Translations under genes and position numbers: made by a program
Assembly: GCA_020891255.1 (NCBI GenBank)
Contig: BQFW01000004.1
Location: 1,612,001 to 1,676,000, forward strand
DNA length: 64,000 bases
Direction: 5' to 3'
DNA from: Entomortierella parvispora E1425
Lineage: Eukaryota > Fungi > Mortierellomycota
Part shown: positions 50,559-64,000 of the stretch, in pieces
Layout of the letters: each line of letters opens with the position of its first letter
Numbering within the stretch: position 1 is the stretch's first letter
Notes under the pieces: model-generated
The model's input: the letters and a program-made list of their open reading frames with translations, nothing else
Databases searched by the model: none
What the model was told of the DNA's origin: nothing

Positions 50559-52016
50559 ATGCCATCTCTCGGACTTGTAGCCAAGCTACTTACAGTAGCC
50601 TCCGTGGCTGCGCTCCTGACGACGCCTCAGTTCTCATCAGCGACCACATTTGGACCCATCATCACTCCCAAGAACCCTTATTCAGGCATAGATGGACTCG
50701 CCACCATGCACGGTGACCCAGCTTCGTCTGATTCCACTCCATTTGCTGGTCCTGGCAATGCAACGATCACAGCCAGCAGGAATGCTTTGCAATCCGCATG
50801 CCCAACCATTTTGGGCACGTCGGATGGCTACGTCTTTGGCCTATGCACTACCATCTTTGGCCAAACCCCGACGATCCATCTTTTTGATTCTGAAGCCTCC
50901 ACCTCACTGGTGGAGCTGGCGGTCGCCAAGGGCAACATCCTCGGGGGTGTGTACGCCTATGTGGACAACCAGGATCGACTTGTCCTCACGAATGGTAACA
51001 ATCAATTGCTCCGCGTCAGCAAATCCTCCAGCGGCGGGAAGTGGTCCTTGACCATCACGGATACGGTCCCATTGACTGGAATTCCATCTACCGACTCTGT
51101 GGTGGGACTCGCCCCTGATTGGCAAGGATTTGTCTGGTTCGCGACTGCAGGAGCTTTGGCTGGGTATGTGGATCCCGTTACCAACAACGTTGTTGTCCTT
51201 CCTTTGCAGTTCGCAGAAGGAAGCACCGAAGCCGTGGCCAACAGCATCTCGACCAGTCCCGCGGGAACTACCATTGCGACTACATTTGCCACCTACGTTC
51301 TGGGACGGGATGCTACCAATAGCACAATCAACGTCCTGTGGCGTCAAGCTTATGATCGTGGCCCGGCCCGCAAGCCCGGTCAGTTGAGCTGGGGCACAGG
51401 ATCCACACCAACGTTCTTTGGCCCCGAAACTGGATACGAATATACCACGATCGTGGACAATGCTTCGCCATTGGTGAATTTGCTGGTCTACCGTACTGGC
51501 GACGGAAGTCAGGTCTGCAAGGTTCCTCTCTTCGAGCCTGACAACTCTGGCTCTGAAAACTCACCGATTGGGTCTGGTCGATCCGTTTTTGTGGCCAGCA
51601 CCTATGGTTATCCCTACCCTGCCTTGCCGGCAGGAGCTGGCACCAGTCAGCCAAGCTCCGCCAACTTTGTGGGAGGAATCGAGCGCGTGGATGTTCTTGA
51701 AGACGATACTCAGGGCTGTGTAGTCAAGTGGGTCAACAACACAATCCGGTCTTCGGCCGTCCCCAAACTGTCCCTTGCCGACAAGAAGATCTACACGTTT
51801 GTGCGACAGAGATTCTTGGACCCAGATGCGACGACCACAGGACTTTTGGACTACTTCTATTATGCCACCGTTGATTCCGAGACGGGCCTCATTGACTCCA
51901 AGCAGTACGTCGGACAGGGCTTTATCTATGATACCTTGCAGATGGCAGGATTGATCAACGAGGGCGTCCTTTTGCAAGGAACGATAACGGGTGTTGTTCG
52001 TGCCAAGAAAGCATAG
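50559..52016 (+). CDS. Secreted 485-aa protein, intronless, probably beta-propeller-like; resembles actinobacterial hypothetical proteins
   Basis: Signal peptide MPSLGLVAKLLTVASVAALL; MHGDPASSD, YDRGPARKPGQLSWGTGSTPT, SENSPIG, STYGYPYP. The family assignment is recalled, not searched. Confidence 0.75.
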   Translation: MPSLGLVAKLLTVASVAALLTTPQFSSATTFGPIITPKNPYSGIDGLATMHGDPASSDSTPFAGPGNATITASRNALQSACPTILGTSDGYVFGLCTTIFGQTPTIHLFDSEASTSLVELAVAKGNILGGVYAYVDNQDRLVLTNGNNQLLRVSKSSSGGKWSLTITDTVPLTGIPSTDSVVGLAPDWQGFVWFATAGALAGYVDPVTNNVVVLPLQFAEGSTEAVANSISTSPAGTTIATTFATYVLGRDATNSTINVLWRQAYDRGPARKPGQLSWGTGSTPTFFGPETGYEYTTIVDNASPLVNLLVYRTGDGSQVCKVPLFEPDNSGSENSPIGSGRSVFVASTYGYPYPALPAGAGTSQPSSANFVGGIERVDVLEDDTQGCVVKWVNNTIRSSAVPKLSLADKKIYTFVRQRFLDPDATTTGLLDYFYYATVDSETGLIDSKQYVGQGFIYDTLQMAGLINEGVLLQGTITGVVRAKKA

Positions 52017-52091
52017 AGGATTTTGGATCCGATATTTCTTATTTTGATTTTCTTTCATTTGTTCTGCTATCTATGAATAAAAACCCATAGT

Positions 52092-54277
52092 TTAGGGAGC
52101 TAACCCCACAATTTCGGGAGCAGTCGAAAACTTGAACCAGAGGGAAATATTGGGTCGTAATTGCTTCAGGATCTTCAGTTCCTTCCCCATTCTTTTAAGC
52201 GTATTCACGTCCTTCTTGCCTGGACGGTTCCATCTGATATTAAATACGATCCATTTCAAGCTTGGCCAAACCGGTTGGCTTTCTGAGCACTCCTCGTCAA
52301 GGGGTCGAATTTGTTCAGTTTGATTGTGACGAAAGAGCTGTGCCCGGAGACAAGCCTCCAAGTCCAAAATAGACCCGCAGTACGCCATTCCGTCCAATCC
52401 ATCCACCCTTGGGGCTGCACTCTCACGGTCGCATAGATATCCATTCTCTTGTTGTTCCTGCAGCATCCTTTGTCGGAGAGCCTCTAAATCTGCATGACAA
52501 GAATTGGACGCCACGTTGCGTTCATGATAAAGCTTGACTCTAATCTTTTTCAGACATTGCTCGAGGTGGTAATTGGGGCTCGTATTGACAACGCCAACAC
52601 TAGAGAGATCAATACCAGGGAGAAGCACTGCTACCTGTCTTTCAAAACTTGAACCCGAAAAGTCAGTGGCTGCTTCATCGGTGCTGGAATCGACCCGAGT
52701 GTCGTCTTGAATCCATGCAAAGTCACTCTTATTCGAAGGGTGGCCGTGTGGATTCAAAGCCCACACGTCCGTTTCAATCTGCAGACGTTCTAGGGTTCTT
52801 AGCCGAGTCAGTAAGCAAAGACCACTCTCCAGCGCGCACAACCGAGGATCCTTAAATGGAAAGCTTAACGAGAGGTCCTGCAGCTTTGGACACACTCGGG
52901 AGAGATATCCAAAGACATGTCGACTGATCTGGTTGTCCCCACCTGGGTAGAGTGTGCTTTGGCCAGAAGTTCTAATGGTCATGGAGAGGGTCCTAAGCCC
53001 ACGGCATGCCCATATCGTTTTAGGGTAGTCTTTGTTCCAAAGTGCATCCAAGCCCAACGAGACTGGTGGATCCGCCTTGAGATGAAGCAGCAGTGGCGAG
53101 GCACAGAGCAAGAGATACAACGCCACGTCCCGATTCAAGTCCCGATTCAAGTCCCTATTCAAGTCCTTGAATCCACCGGTAGTAGCATTTGGCCTCTGAT
53201 ACCCTCTCAGCAGTTCCAGCCTTGTCAGTCGGTTTACGATCGCTCCCCCATGATAGAGTCGACGCAGGTTTGAATCGAACGTAATACTATTGCATTCAAA
53301 ACCCAAGGAGCGAAGGCGAGGGAAGATTTCGATAGGGATCTCGCAGTCATAACGCACGTTGTAGTTGCAATAAATGGATTCCATCCATGGACACTGGGTC
53401 GCAAGCTTTGTCCAAAAGTCTTTTGATTCACTCCAGGCCCCGAAGAAGTGTCCGCCATTGCCCACGGCGGCACTCAGATGGATCCGAAGCTCATGTAGTT
53501 GACCCAACAAAGGCAGGTAGGACAGCAAGACAGAGGAGGTGGTTTGAGCGTTGTGGAGACACAACGATCTCAATGGTAGTTTTTTGCGACAGGCAAGAGC
53601 ACCGGTCCCGACAGTATCCTTCTGGAGGCCGCCTCCTTGAGCAGTGGTTCCCAAACTTACTACCGTGGTACCTCTTTTTGCATAGATGGATAAGGTTAGG
53701 AGGTTCGGACACTACTCCAATAGCTCCTCGAGCGGCATCTGATGTGTACTCAGCGGCAGGTCCAATGCCAAATCCAACAGGCCCTGAACATTAAACAATG
53801 TCAAGATCCTTGTATACGGTTGGTGCCAAATGTCCAAGTACAGGAAAAGACTTTTGATTCGGAGCTGATCTTTGTCGTTGGCTCCAATGGACTCTAGACT
53901 CTGTATGAGCTGGTTAGTCATCCTGATCCAGCCTGAAGAATCATGCGCGTTCCATAGCAGCGGTCTTTGGGCTTGCCGGCACTGAGCCTTGGCTTTCCAA
54001 CGGAGAGACTGTCGGCCATCAGGAGTTTGGCGGTCAGATTCTCCCGAGACTTTACGTTTTTAGAGTCCACAAGAAGATGATGGACGAAGAGGGGCTTTGC
54101 AACCAAGAACCATTGGCAACTGACACGAGCGGCAGTGAACTTGAGACTGTTTTGGTCTAGGAACGACTGGATGCGTTCAAGAACCTCGATAATCTAGAGC
54201 GGAGAGGCTTGGGCGACAGCGACAGGATTTGGGTCTGTGCTGAAGAGAGAGGGTCCTGGATCTTTCGCGAGTCCCAT
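52092..54277 (-). pseudogene. F-box/LRR-like gene, disrupted
   Basis: The F-box-like SPL*IIEVLERIQSFLDQNSL..ARVSCQW has TAG at 54194-96. There is a frame change near 53920-54000 and a second in-frame TAG at 53712-14 (LLE*CPNL). LRR-like blocks follow (CPKLQDLSL, LTRLRTLERL). Confidence 0.65.
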
Positions 54278-54980
54278 TTCCCGAGATGGTTGGGTGGTCA
54301 AAATTGGATGAATGGGTGCTGAACGAAAGGAAGAAGAGCAGAAAATGATGACGGCTGACGGCTGGCCAGGAATAAGTCGGCTTTGCCTTCGTCACCTGAT
54401 CTGCATGGCGTGAGAGTTTGTGCCACATGCAGAGGAGGGGATGGACTTTAGCAGAGGAGTTTTTACTTAGGGGGTTTCACTCGTTTACAATGGAAAGAGG
54501 ATACCCTGACATTTAAGAATCTAAATCTGGCTGATAACAGGGCGCACTTTGTGCTTTTGAACAAACGCAACCATCTCCATGAATTCACGGCGGGAGCCCT
54601 AGTCGCTGAGAGGAGCCCGAAGTTCGCGAAAGGCATGATGTATATTAGATAAGATGCCCGCCTCCTTCTCTGGTTGGGCTGCTTTGGACAGGGGTTCCTT
54701 TTTTCACAAACGAATGTATTTCTATGCTCTTGATAAGATTTTTGTAACAGATGCCATTTTTGAGTGTAATGTTATATGGCTTTGGGGATGCCTGGTTGAG
54801 CTTGAGGCTTGGGTTTTGCTCGAATATTTATATACTCACGGAAGACAGACCTCCTCACACGATTGCATTCGTTCGTACTTAATGATTTGATCCGCATGCG
54901 CAGGCTATAGATACTTTTTTTTTCAAATGTTTATTATTTACAATGCCGTAGCTAGGGTGTCTCTAGAAACTTTCAGATGA

Positions 54981-56153
54981 TCAGAAAAAGATGGTGTCCT
55001 TGCAGGCAAAGCGAGGCACCTTGCGGTATTCTGGCTCCTTGGCAACCCTCCAGATGTACACATCCAAGTCTACAGCCAACATGCCCTTCTCTCCATAATT
55101 CACCGTTCCAATCTTGCCTTCGCCTCCAATGTTGGCCTTCTCCACAATGACCTTGCAGACATCAATAGCAGCGGCGCGCAACCTGTACGACTCCTCGACC
55201 GAAGTCACTCCGCCTTCCTCCATTGTATGCTTCAAGTTCTCGGGCAGGACCAGCATGCCCAAATAGGTCAGCAAAGTGGGGATGACGTTATCAGCAAAGA
55301 TGGGACTGTCATGAATATCTCTGAACTTGAATCGCTCCTCCGTGGCAGCAAACCGACGCTCCAGGGTAGAAGCCAACAACAAAGCCTTCTTGTAAACGGA
55401 CAGTTCCTTGCCATCGACAATAGCCCGATCCTGGAAAGCTGGGAAAGTATCAATCAAAATCCTAGAAAACTTCTCGGCCGATCCTTGAGCCTTCAGAGCA
55501 GCATCCATGACAAAGGCGCCCAACGTCTGAAATTTCTTCTCCTTCAAGATCTTTCCTGTCTCGTTCAAGACTTGTTGGATCTGACCGGCCAATTTGGAGG
55601 CGACCGAGGGTCTAGACATGGTCACTCCAGGAATCTCGGAGGGGTGTTCCTTTTGCATTTTGATCCCAAAGTGCTCTCCCACTTGCCAGCCGCTCATGTC
55701 GATCAACTCCTGGGCAGTGCTGGCGGAGGAGGTGATGTGGAAGGACATGATTCCAAAGATGATCGTCTCAAAGGCGCCACGGTCGGAATCCTCGTGCAGT
55801 TCCTTGCGGAAGCCATGGCCAGTGTTGAGGAGATCGATCAAGGAGAGGACGTTGACCTCTTGTTCGACAGACTCGAAGCGAAGAGGGAACATCATGCCGT
55901 TGGCGGTCGAGTGCTTGTCCCAGCTCTCCTGGGTGAGGTTAGTGAGGAATCGGGTGATGGCATCTTGATCAATCTGTTGACATGGGAAGGGATCAATGTG
56001 AAGAGAATGTTAGTCTTCTGAATGGGCACGTGTAGCTGTATGACAGTTGAAACAGAGCGTAAAAAGGCATACCCGAATGTTGCTGCTCTCGCGGCATTCC
56101 TTGCAAGAGTCGTAGATGGACTGGTAGAGGTTGACGGGGGCGGTGAAGGTCAT
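54981..56153 (-). CDS. Queuosine salvage family protein (QNG1/DUF2419-like), 2 exons
   Basis: Exons 56153-56073 and 55973-54981. IDLLNTGHGFR, TFPAFQD, YKKALLL, FADNVIPTLL, LRAAAI, LDVYIW. Confidence 0.7.
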
Positions 56154-56625
56154 GGCTGGCTGAAGATTGAATTGAATGAAAGAGGACAGAAAGTAAAGAA
56201 GCAAAGAGAAGAAAGAAAGAAAGTGTGTGTGTGACGCGTCCATCCCTTATTCTTTTTATTCTTTCATTCACGGCGATCTGCTTCTCCACCCGCAGTGTCG
56301 TGCAAACGTAGCGCGGAGATTCAGATCGGATCGGCGCCTGGAACGAGCTGTCCGCTGCGGTGTCTACCCGGAAGGCGGCCGCTGACGAGTGGCCGTGGCC
56401 TTTCCTTCCCTCATGGCGCAGAGACATGCTCCTAGGAGACGCGCATGTCTTTAGGATCCGGAGATAGTGAAGGGGATATGTCGCGAGAAATGGCAATGCA
56501 TTTTTTATCTTTTTTATGATGTAGTCACGTGGGGCTGTAATGGACATGCTGTGAAGTGATCACATCTCTTTTCAATTCTCCTTCATCACTCACACCTCAC
56601 CCTCATCAGGACACAACACACGACC

Positions 56626-57797
56626 ATGGCCAAGCTGGAAGAGATTGTCAAGAACGACACCGCAACATCAACCGCCACCTCAACAAGAGATGCTCCCTCT
56701 GTCACAAAACGAACTGGCCGCACCGTTTCCACACCCGCGTCAACGAGTCAGGACCTGGAGGACGACGAGGAGGAGCTAGATGAAGGCGAAGAGGACGATG
56801 ACGACGATGACGAGGATTCGGATGCTTCAGATGAGAGCGATATTGATGATATTCCAGGTACGGGGAATATTGCCGACAATCGACTTGGTCTCTTTTGAAA
56901 CCTTGCCCTGTCCAGCCTTTCTGTCCGCAACGAGCGCGTTTCATTCTCTGTCGACTAACAGTCTTCTTTCCCGTCCTCTTCCATCTGACCTCATCGTGGA
57001 CCAACACTCAAACAGACCCAGAGAAATGGCGCATTATTAGGGAATCTGGAATCATGGACCAGGTCCAAGCCAGCGACAAACAGCAGGCATCCAGAGACTC
57101 TCGTCGATCGCGCCGCCACGGACACCAAGGTGCTACAGAGGACGAGGATGCCAACAGGGATTTCATCTTTGAGGGCATCTTCTTCTCCATTCCTACGACA
57201 TGTCTGTTTGTCGTCATGGATATTTTGGTGCACCGTCAATTTGGAGAAGCTTACGGAGGAGGAGACATTTTCCGGAAGGTTGTTAAAGTCTTTCCAGGTG
57301 CGTATTTGGGGGCTAGCTCGGTCGCACGAGCCCTCTCTGCTGGAGAGTGTTGTGGAGAGGGTCTGCTTCCTTCGTGGTGGTTGAGAAGTTGGCACCTTTT
57401 TTTTCTTTTTTTCCATTGGAATCAAGTTACACAAAATCTATTGGAGAGCCAATCAACTGGAAGAGTCGAAAAGTCTTTGAAAGGAAAGAAGCAGGGTTAA
57501 TAACTAACACGTATTCTTCCTTCTAATGACATAGCTATTCTCTTCATGGTGTACTTCAGCAATAAGGCAAAGAAGCATCCAGTAACGCAAGGATCAATGT
57601 TTATCGTGTCGACTCTTTGTGGCTGCTACTTCCTTCATACCATGTTCCGATCTCCCGCCATGGGAATCATGCTTCGGGCCCCCGGGATCATCACCATTCT
57701 AGTGTACTGTATCGTTCAACTCAACCTCTTGCCAGCCATGATCAGTCTGGCAATTTGTGGATTGTATTACAAATATGGAAACGTCCAATATTATTAA
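56626..57797 (+). CDS. Conserved-type fungal membrane protein of unknown function (acidic N-terminus, about 4 TM), 3 exons
   Basis: Acidic exon 1; MDILVHRQF; CGCYFL..MLRAPGIIT..VQLNL; GT-AG introns near 56858 and 57298. Confidence 0.65.
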
Positions 57798-58943
57798 AGA
57801 GAAGAGCTCTTTTTTTTTATATAATTTTCATTATTTTATTTCGATTTGTCAATTCTCATATCCGAAGGTAGAGGCGGCTCTCATGAACAGCGGAAGGGAC
57901 TTGGCCTCCTGGAGTGCGGTTTGTCAATTGCCCAGACGATAGACGCGAACACGAACGCGAACAACGCAACGCTACGGACAATGATCACGTGGTACTTGGG
58001 CTTTGGCCGATCAGGTCTTGTTGAAGATGGAAGGGTAAAATGGAAAAGAACGAGAACAGGGACCGCCGATCATCAGGCAGTGAGGATGGTTACCCATGTC
58101 CATATAAGTGAACGTATGGCTGTTGCAGTGCATGCTCTTTTATTTGTTCTCTTTAGGTCAAGCGCAGTTTTTTTCAGTCGGAAAAAAACAACACAAACAA
58201 ACAGCCCTGATCACTCCCTACCACACAAAATGGAGAATGGACAAAAAAGCAACACACCGGGCTGTGTGGAGCTGGACGGCAAGTGAAAAATGATAAGACA
58301 ACCTTACCTCCGTTTGAATTATTGGATCGTGTTCACTCTATTCACCCTTCCCCTTTGTAGATACTCGTGCGTCGGCCATTGTCCCCTTTCAGTTGTTCAC
58401 GGGTCGACAGATCTCTGTTGTCCAGCAGCTCACCTTTCAGCCTTACCTGCCGTTTTTTGAAAAGGCCTTTCTTGGCAGACGGCTGAACATATTCGCGAAC
58501 TATAATCCACCTTGTTGCGCTGAGCTCCAGGAAATACTCCACCAGGTCAATCAGGTTGTGACAAAGATGTGGCGTAACTTCCCTTCAGTGACAAGCTTTA
58601 CTCCCATCTTGCACAAGTCCGAAATCGCAGTTTTTTCGATTTTGGATTGAATAGACCGCCAGTACCCGGCATCCAATTGCTCGCTCTCCGGGCTAGGTAG
58701 AAGGAAAGTTATCCAAGCGGGGGTATATAAATGGTTCATTTTGGATCTGTTCTCTTTTTCAATTCTATCTCTTCTTCTTTATCAACTTCCTCTTCCACAC
58801 CTTCACACATTCAAAAGGAGTCCCTGCAATACAGTTTGGCCCGCACTTTCCACACTCGATTTGGTCCGCACCTCTCAGAGCTCGTCTTCATCCTCCACAC
58901 TACCCAGAGGCACCTTTAGCAGGCAACGCTTTTTGTCGGCCCA

Positions 58944-59858
58944 ATGGTGTCGCTCGACGAGATCCTTTCAGCCGTGACCACGGTCTGCTTCATCCTTCTC
59001 TTTCTTCAGTTCCTGTTCCGATTGATGAACACTGGGTTTGGGGTCTACCGCTACATTCTTTTCTTTTGCTTGATCCGCACTGGCGATTATGGTATCCGTA
59101 CCTATATGGACACCGGTGCTGCCGCCGACTTGGATACAACGACCCTGACCGATCTCACGATCGCGGAGCTAATCCTCTCCTCGATTGGCTCTGTCTTTGT
59201 GATGAAGCTGTTTTCAAGACTGTACGAGCCCCTTTTGCCTCAATTGAGGGCTCAGCGACAAGAAGGACCGGATCTCTTTGAGAGGTGTATGGTCCAACAA
59301 CCAAAGTTCCTTTTGTTGCCAATCGTGATCATGGCCATCATTGGCGCGATCGATTCCACCCCTGGTCACTCTGAAAGCACGATGAACTTGGCCCTGATTT
59401 TGAGAAAAGTCGCCGTCTCGCTCATGGTGCTCCTGGGCCTTTGGTACATGGTGGCGGCCACGACGTATAGATCCCGATATGGAGGCACCTCCAGCCAATA
59501 CGCGTTCTCGATTGCCATGGTGGCTACCTTTATCTTTGACGTGGCCCTGATCTACAAGTGCATCTATTCCTTTGAACCGAGCCTCAAGACCACCACTTGG
59601 GTCTATTTCACGTTTTCGCCTCTGCTGGAGATTGTGGGATTGTTGGTCCTATGTCAGGACCTGAAGAGGCACTTCCTGGGTGACGTTGCGTGTATCGATC
59701 AAGATATGGAGATGGGTCGACCCAACCCTGTCAACGTCGGGGGAGGACGGCGATTCGGTCGTCGCTTCTTTAGAGCGGCGGGTCCTCCTGCTATTTCTTA
59801 TCCTCAACAATCGGCCCCTCCAGGCTATGCCCCCGCACCTGCTGGATACTACAAGTAG
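58944..59858 (+). CDS. Seven-TM membrane protein (RTA1-like topology), intronless
   Basis: Seven hydrophobic segments in a 304-aa ORF, with a Pro/Tyr-rich tail containing PPGY. Confidence 0.7.
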   Translation: MVSLDEILSAVTTVCFILLFLQFLFRLMNTGFGVYRYILFFCLIRTGDYGIRTYMDTGAAADLDTTTLTDLTIAELILSSIGSVFVMKLFSRLYEPLLPQLRAQRQEGPDLFERCMVQQPKFLLLPIVIMAIIGAIDSTPGHSESTMNLALILRKVAVSLMVLLGLWYMVAATTYRSRYGGTSSQYAFSIAMVATFIFDVALIYKCIYSFEPSLKTTTWVYFTFSPLLEIVGLLVLCQDLKRHFLGDVACIDQDMEMGRPNPVNVGGGRRFGRRFFRAAGPPAISYPQQSAPPGYAPAPAGYYK

Positions 59859-60248
59859 AAAAGGCCCGTTCTTTTCACTTTCTTGCCCTTCTCTGTGCCA
59901 GCCTGTTCTGAACCTGCTACGTTCACAACTTCACACGTTCTTTTGAAAACCCCCAGCCATATCTTTGTCTATACCATCATCTGATATCCACATATAGCTT
60001 CTAAGCCCAATAAATGGCACTCTGTTACTTGCAGCGGCGTCTGTCCATTCAACGAAATTTTACCCGAGGGTGCAAAACCGACACAATTATCACCCCGACC
60101 TGTTTTTAGGGGGTAACATTGCCAGTGCTGGACATACGACACTTTTTTCTTCTTGTTTTTCTCTTCATTCTCTTTGTGTATGTATTTTGGTTTTTTTTTT
60201 AAGAACAAATATTCTATCGAGATGATAAGTGAAAATCTCCAGTTTTTT

Positions 60249-61319
60249 TTAAGGCTTGCGGTAGACGTTAGTGGCAGCGGCCTGGTTGGTAGGGAAGACG
60301 AGCATCTCTGCAATGTTGACATGGTCAGGGCGACCAGCCACAAAGATGACGGTCTCGGCAATATCATCACCGTTCAAGGGCTCAAGACCCTTGTAGACAG
60401 AGTCGGCCTTGTCCTTGTCACCACGGAAGCGAATGACCGAGAACTCGGTCTCGACCAAACCAGGGTTGATCTCCGAGACGCGGATCGCGGTATCGACCGT
60501 CTCGTGCATGAGGGCCCGGGTGATGGAGGCCACAGCGGCCTTGGTCGCACAGTAGATGGATCCGTTGCCGTAGGCCTGCTGACCTGCCACCGATCCAATG
60601 TTGATGACATGTCCCTTGTTGCGGGCACGCATGCCGGGGAGAACAGCCTGGGTGACAAAGACGAGTCCCTTGACGTTGGTGTCAATCATGGTATCCATGG
60701 CCTCCTCCGTAATATCCTCGAGCTTGTCCAATCCAATGACCAAGCCTAAAAAGAACCAGTGCCGAGTTAAAGATCCCATGCCATTGATATTACTTATTGA
60801 GAAGAGTCGTTATTTTTTTCTACTCTTTCTATTGGCTTACCAGCGTTGTTGACGAGAATGTCGACATCTCCAAAAGCCTGGAGAGCGGCATCGACCTTGG
60901 CCTTGACACGGACATCAAGCTCAAAGGTTGTGACCTTGATCGAGTGCTTGGACTCCAACTCTTGCTTCAAGGACTCCAAGCGCTCCTTGCGACGAGCGGC
61001 CAACAACTACGGAGGTAAAAAAAAATCATGGATTGAATATTAATCGACCAAAAGAACTGCGCTTCTCTCAGGCATAGATCGGAGGGGAGTTTGATCACTG
61101 TGTGTTTGTTACGTACCAAGTTGGATCCAGCCTGGGCAAAGTGACGAGCGCAAGCCTCACCGATTCCGGAAGAGGCACCGGTACTGACATGGGAACAAAA
61201 AAAAAGAAGAACGCACAATGTCAGTACATCATCTATACTTTGTTCACATTCTGCATTCACCGTCAAATCAAAGTAGAGGCCAATTACATCAAAACATTCT
61301 TTCCCTGGAGTCTGCTCAT
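60249..61319 (-). CDS. Short-chain dehydrogenase/reductase, YdfG/YMR226C-like, multi-exon
   Basis: TGASSGIG, DILVNNAG, GHVINIGS, YCATK, PGLVETEFSVIRFRGD. Confidence 0.92.
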
Positions 61320-61841
61320 GATGAATGTAGCTGGAGTAATAAATGAGGTGGTAAAGGAGAAAGGTGATGAACCAACAAGGACGAGTTGCGAAGAGCTTTA
61401 AGGAATCAGAAAAAGTAAAAGAAAAAAAAGTGCACCACACAGCGGACTGCGGGGTGAATAAGGGACTTCCGGAAATTTAGAGCCAGCCCGCGTACCTCGT
61501 GGGAAGAATATGCTTTGCATCTCACAACGCCGCATCTCAAAACGGGTGCCTCTCTCTCCTCGACTGAATGATGAAAGGGGTTTCTTTTAATGATTTGAGC
61601 AACGATACGATAACGTATTTGGCGTTTTTTTCTTGTTCCTCTCGTTGTCGTGTCTTTGTCGTTGCTTCTGGCTTCCGCGGTGCGACTCGGGTCAGAGAGT
61701 TTGTTGTGAATGGGTAAATTGTCTACCCAATGCCAAACATAATATGCGTTAGGAGGATCGATCGGACACCATCATCATGAAAGTGGAACGCACAATACAG
61801 GCTTAATCAGAACTACGGACTCACCAGGAAAATGTACAAGA

Positions 61842-63303
<1,462 letters not shown>

Positions 63304-64000
63304 GATTAGTTGTTGTGTGTCTAGTGTTGGTAAAAAGGGGGTCTACTTGAGAGTTGGCTATGGTGACCAAGAGAAGGTTGGGGGAGTTGGGAGATTAATA
63401 AAGACTTGCTTGTTGTCAGCGCAAACAGGAAGGAATAGGGGGGCAGGGGTGGTTGCAAAGGAGTGGTTCCCTGCCAGGTCCAGACGGGGTCAACAAGAAT
63501 CAGCGACCATCCAGCTGCCTTCCAGCACGCAAGCACGGAAGCAATCTGCAGACACGCGACCAAATTCAATGTCTCCCTCGTACTCTGTCGCAACCCCAGT
63601 CTCCTCTCTGCACAGGGAGACACTGCCTGGTATCCAGACAAATAAAAGATTAAAAGAACGGAGACATGCATGTCCATGCAGCATGACAAGACCCAAAAAG
63701 AGAAGGCGAGTAAAAATGCGGGCATGCCAGTTCTCGGTCAGACCAATTTGGTCAAGATGCACCCTGAATTAGCGACCCTGCCACAGTTGATCGAGGGATT
63801 TGACATCCCGAGAGGCTCTGAGCCTGACCAGGGGGGCCAAATAGGGTATTGGATGGACAGCATGTGCCCACTCTTTGAGGCTGCATTGTGCACACAGAGC
63901 ATGCAGTTGCAGCGAGAAGGGGGCGAGTACGTCACTTGCGAGTGAGGGTGGGAGCGAGAGAAGGGGGTGGGGATCAGTACCTTGCGAATGACTTGATATC

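Noticed and set aside
58342-58650. Short overlapping ORFs on both strands
   Set aside because: Under 90 aa, interrupted upstream, with no recognisable motif.

Overview
This is a eukaryotic, intron-containing fungal window. Long homopolymer/SSR-rich intergenic tracts, ~100-bp GT-AG introns and the gene repertoire suggest Mortierellaceae/Mucoromycota (inference). About 17 protein-coding genes can be reconstructed by hand: TOE1-like deadenylase (5'-partial), UBR7, a Zn2Cys6 TF, carnitine acetyltransferase, a C2H2 TF, a ~1450-aa repeat-rich GPI-type surface protein, class IV chitin synthase, a ubiquitin-like-S27a fusion, a HAD hydrolase, a SulP/STAS transporter, a DUF202 membrane protein, a secreted bacterial-looking protein, a QNG1/DUF2419 protein, two fungal membrane proteins, an SDR and the PP2A catalytic subunit. 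There is also an F-box pseudogene. The strongest second-look items are: (1) a 3.6-7.7 kb island with three decayed paralogues of an unidentified ORF, a tyrosine-recombinase relic and a perfect 83-bp inverted repeat; (2) an S27a gene whose ubiquitin moiety has diverged FUBI-style, with a candidate H/ACA snoRNA in its intron; (3) the charge-blocked, 15x21-aa repeat surface protein next to chitin synthase; (4) two intronless, possibly horizontally acquired genes. Family calls come from motif recognition, not database searches. No CRISPR, rRNA or tRNA was recognised.
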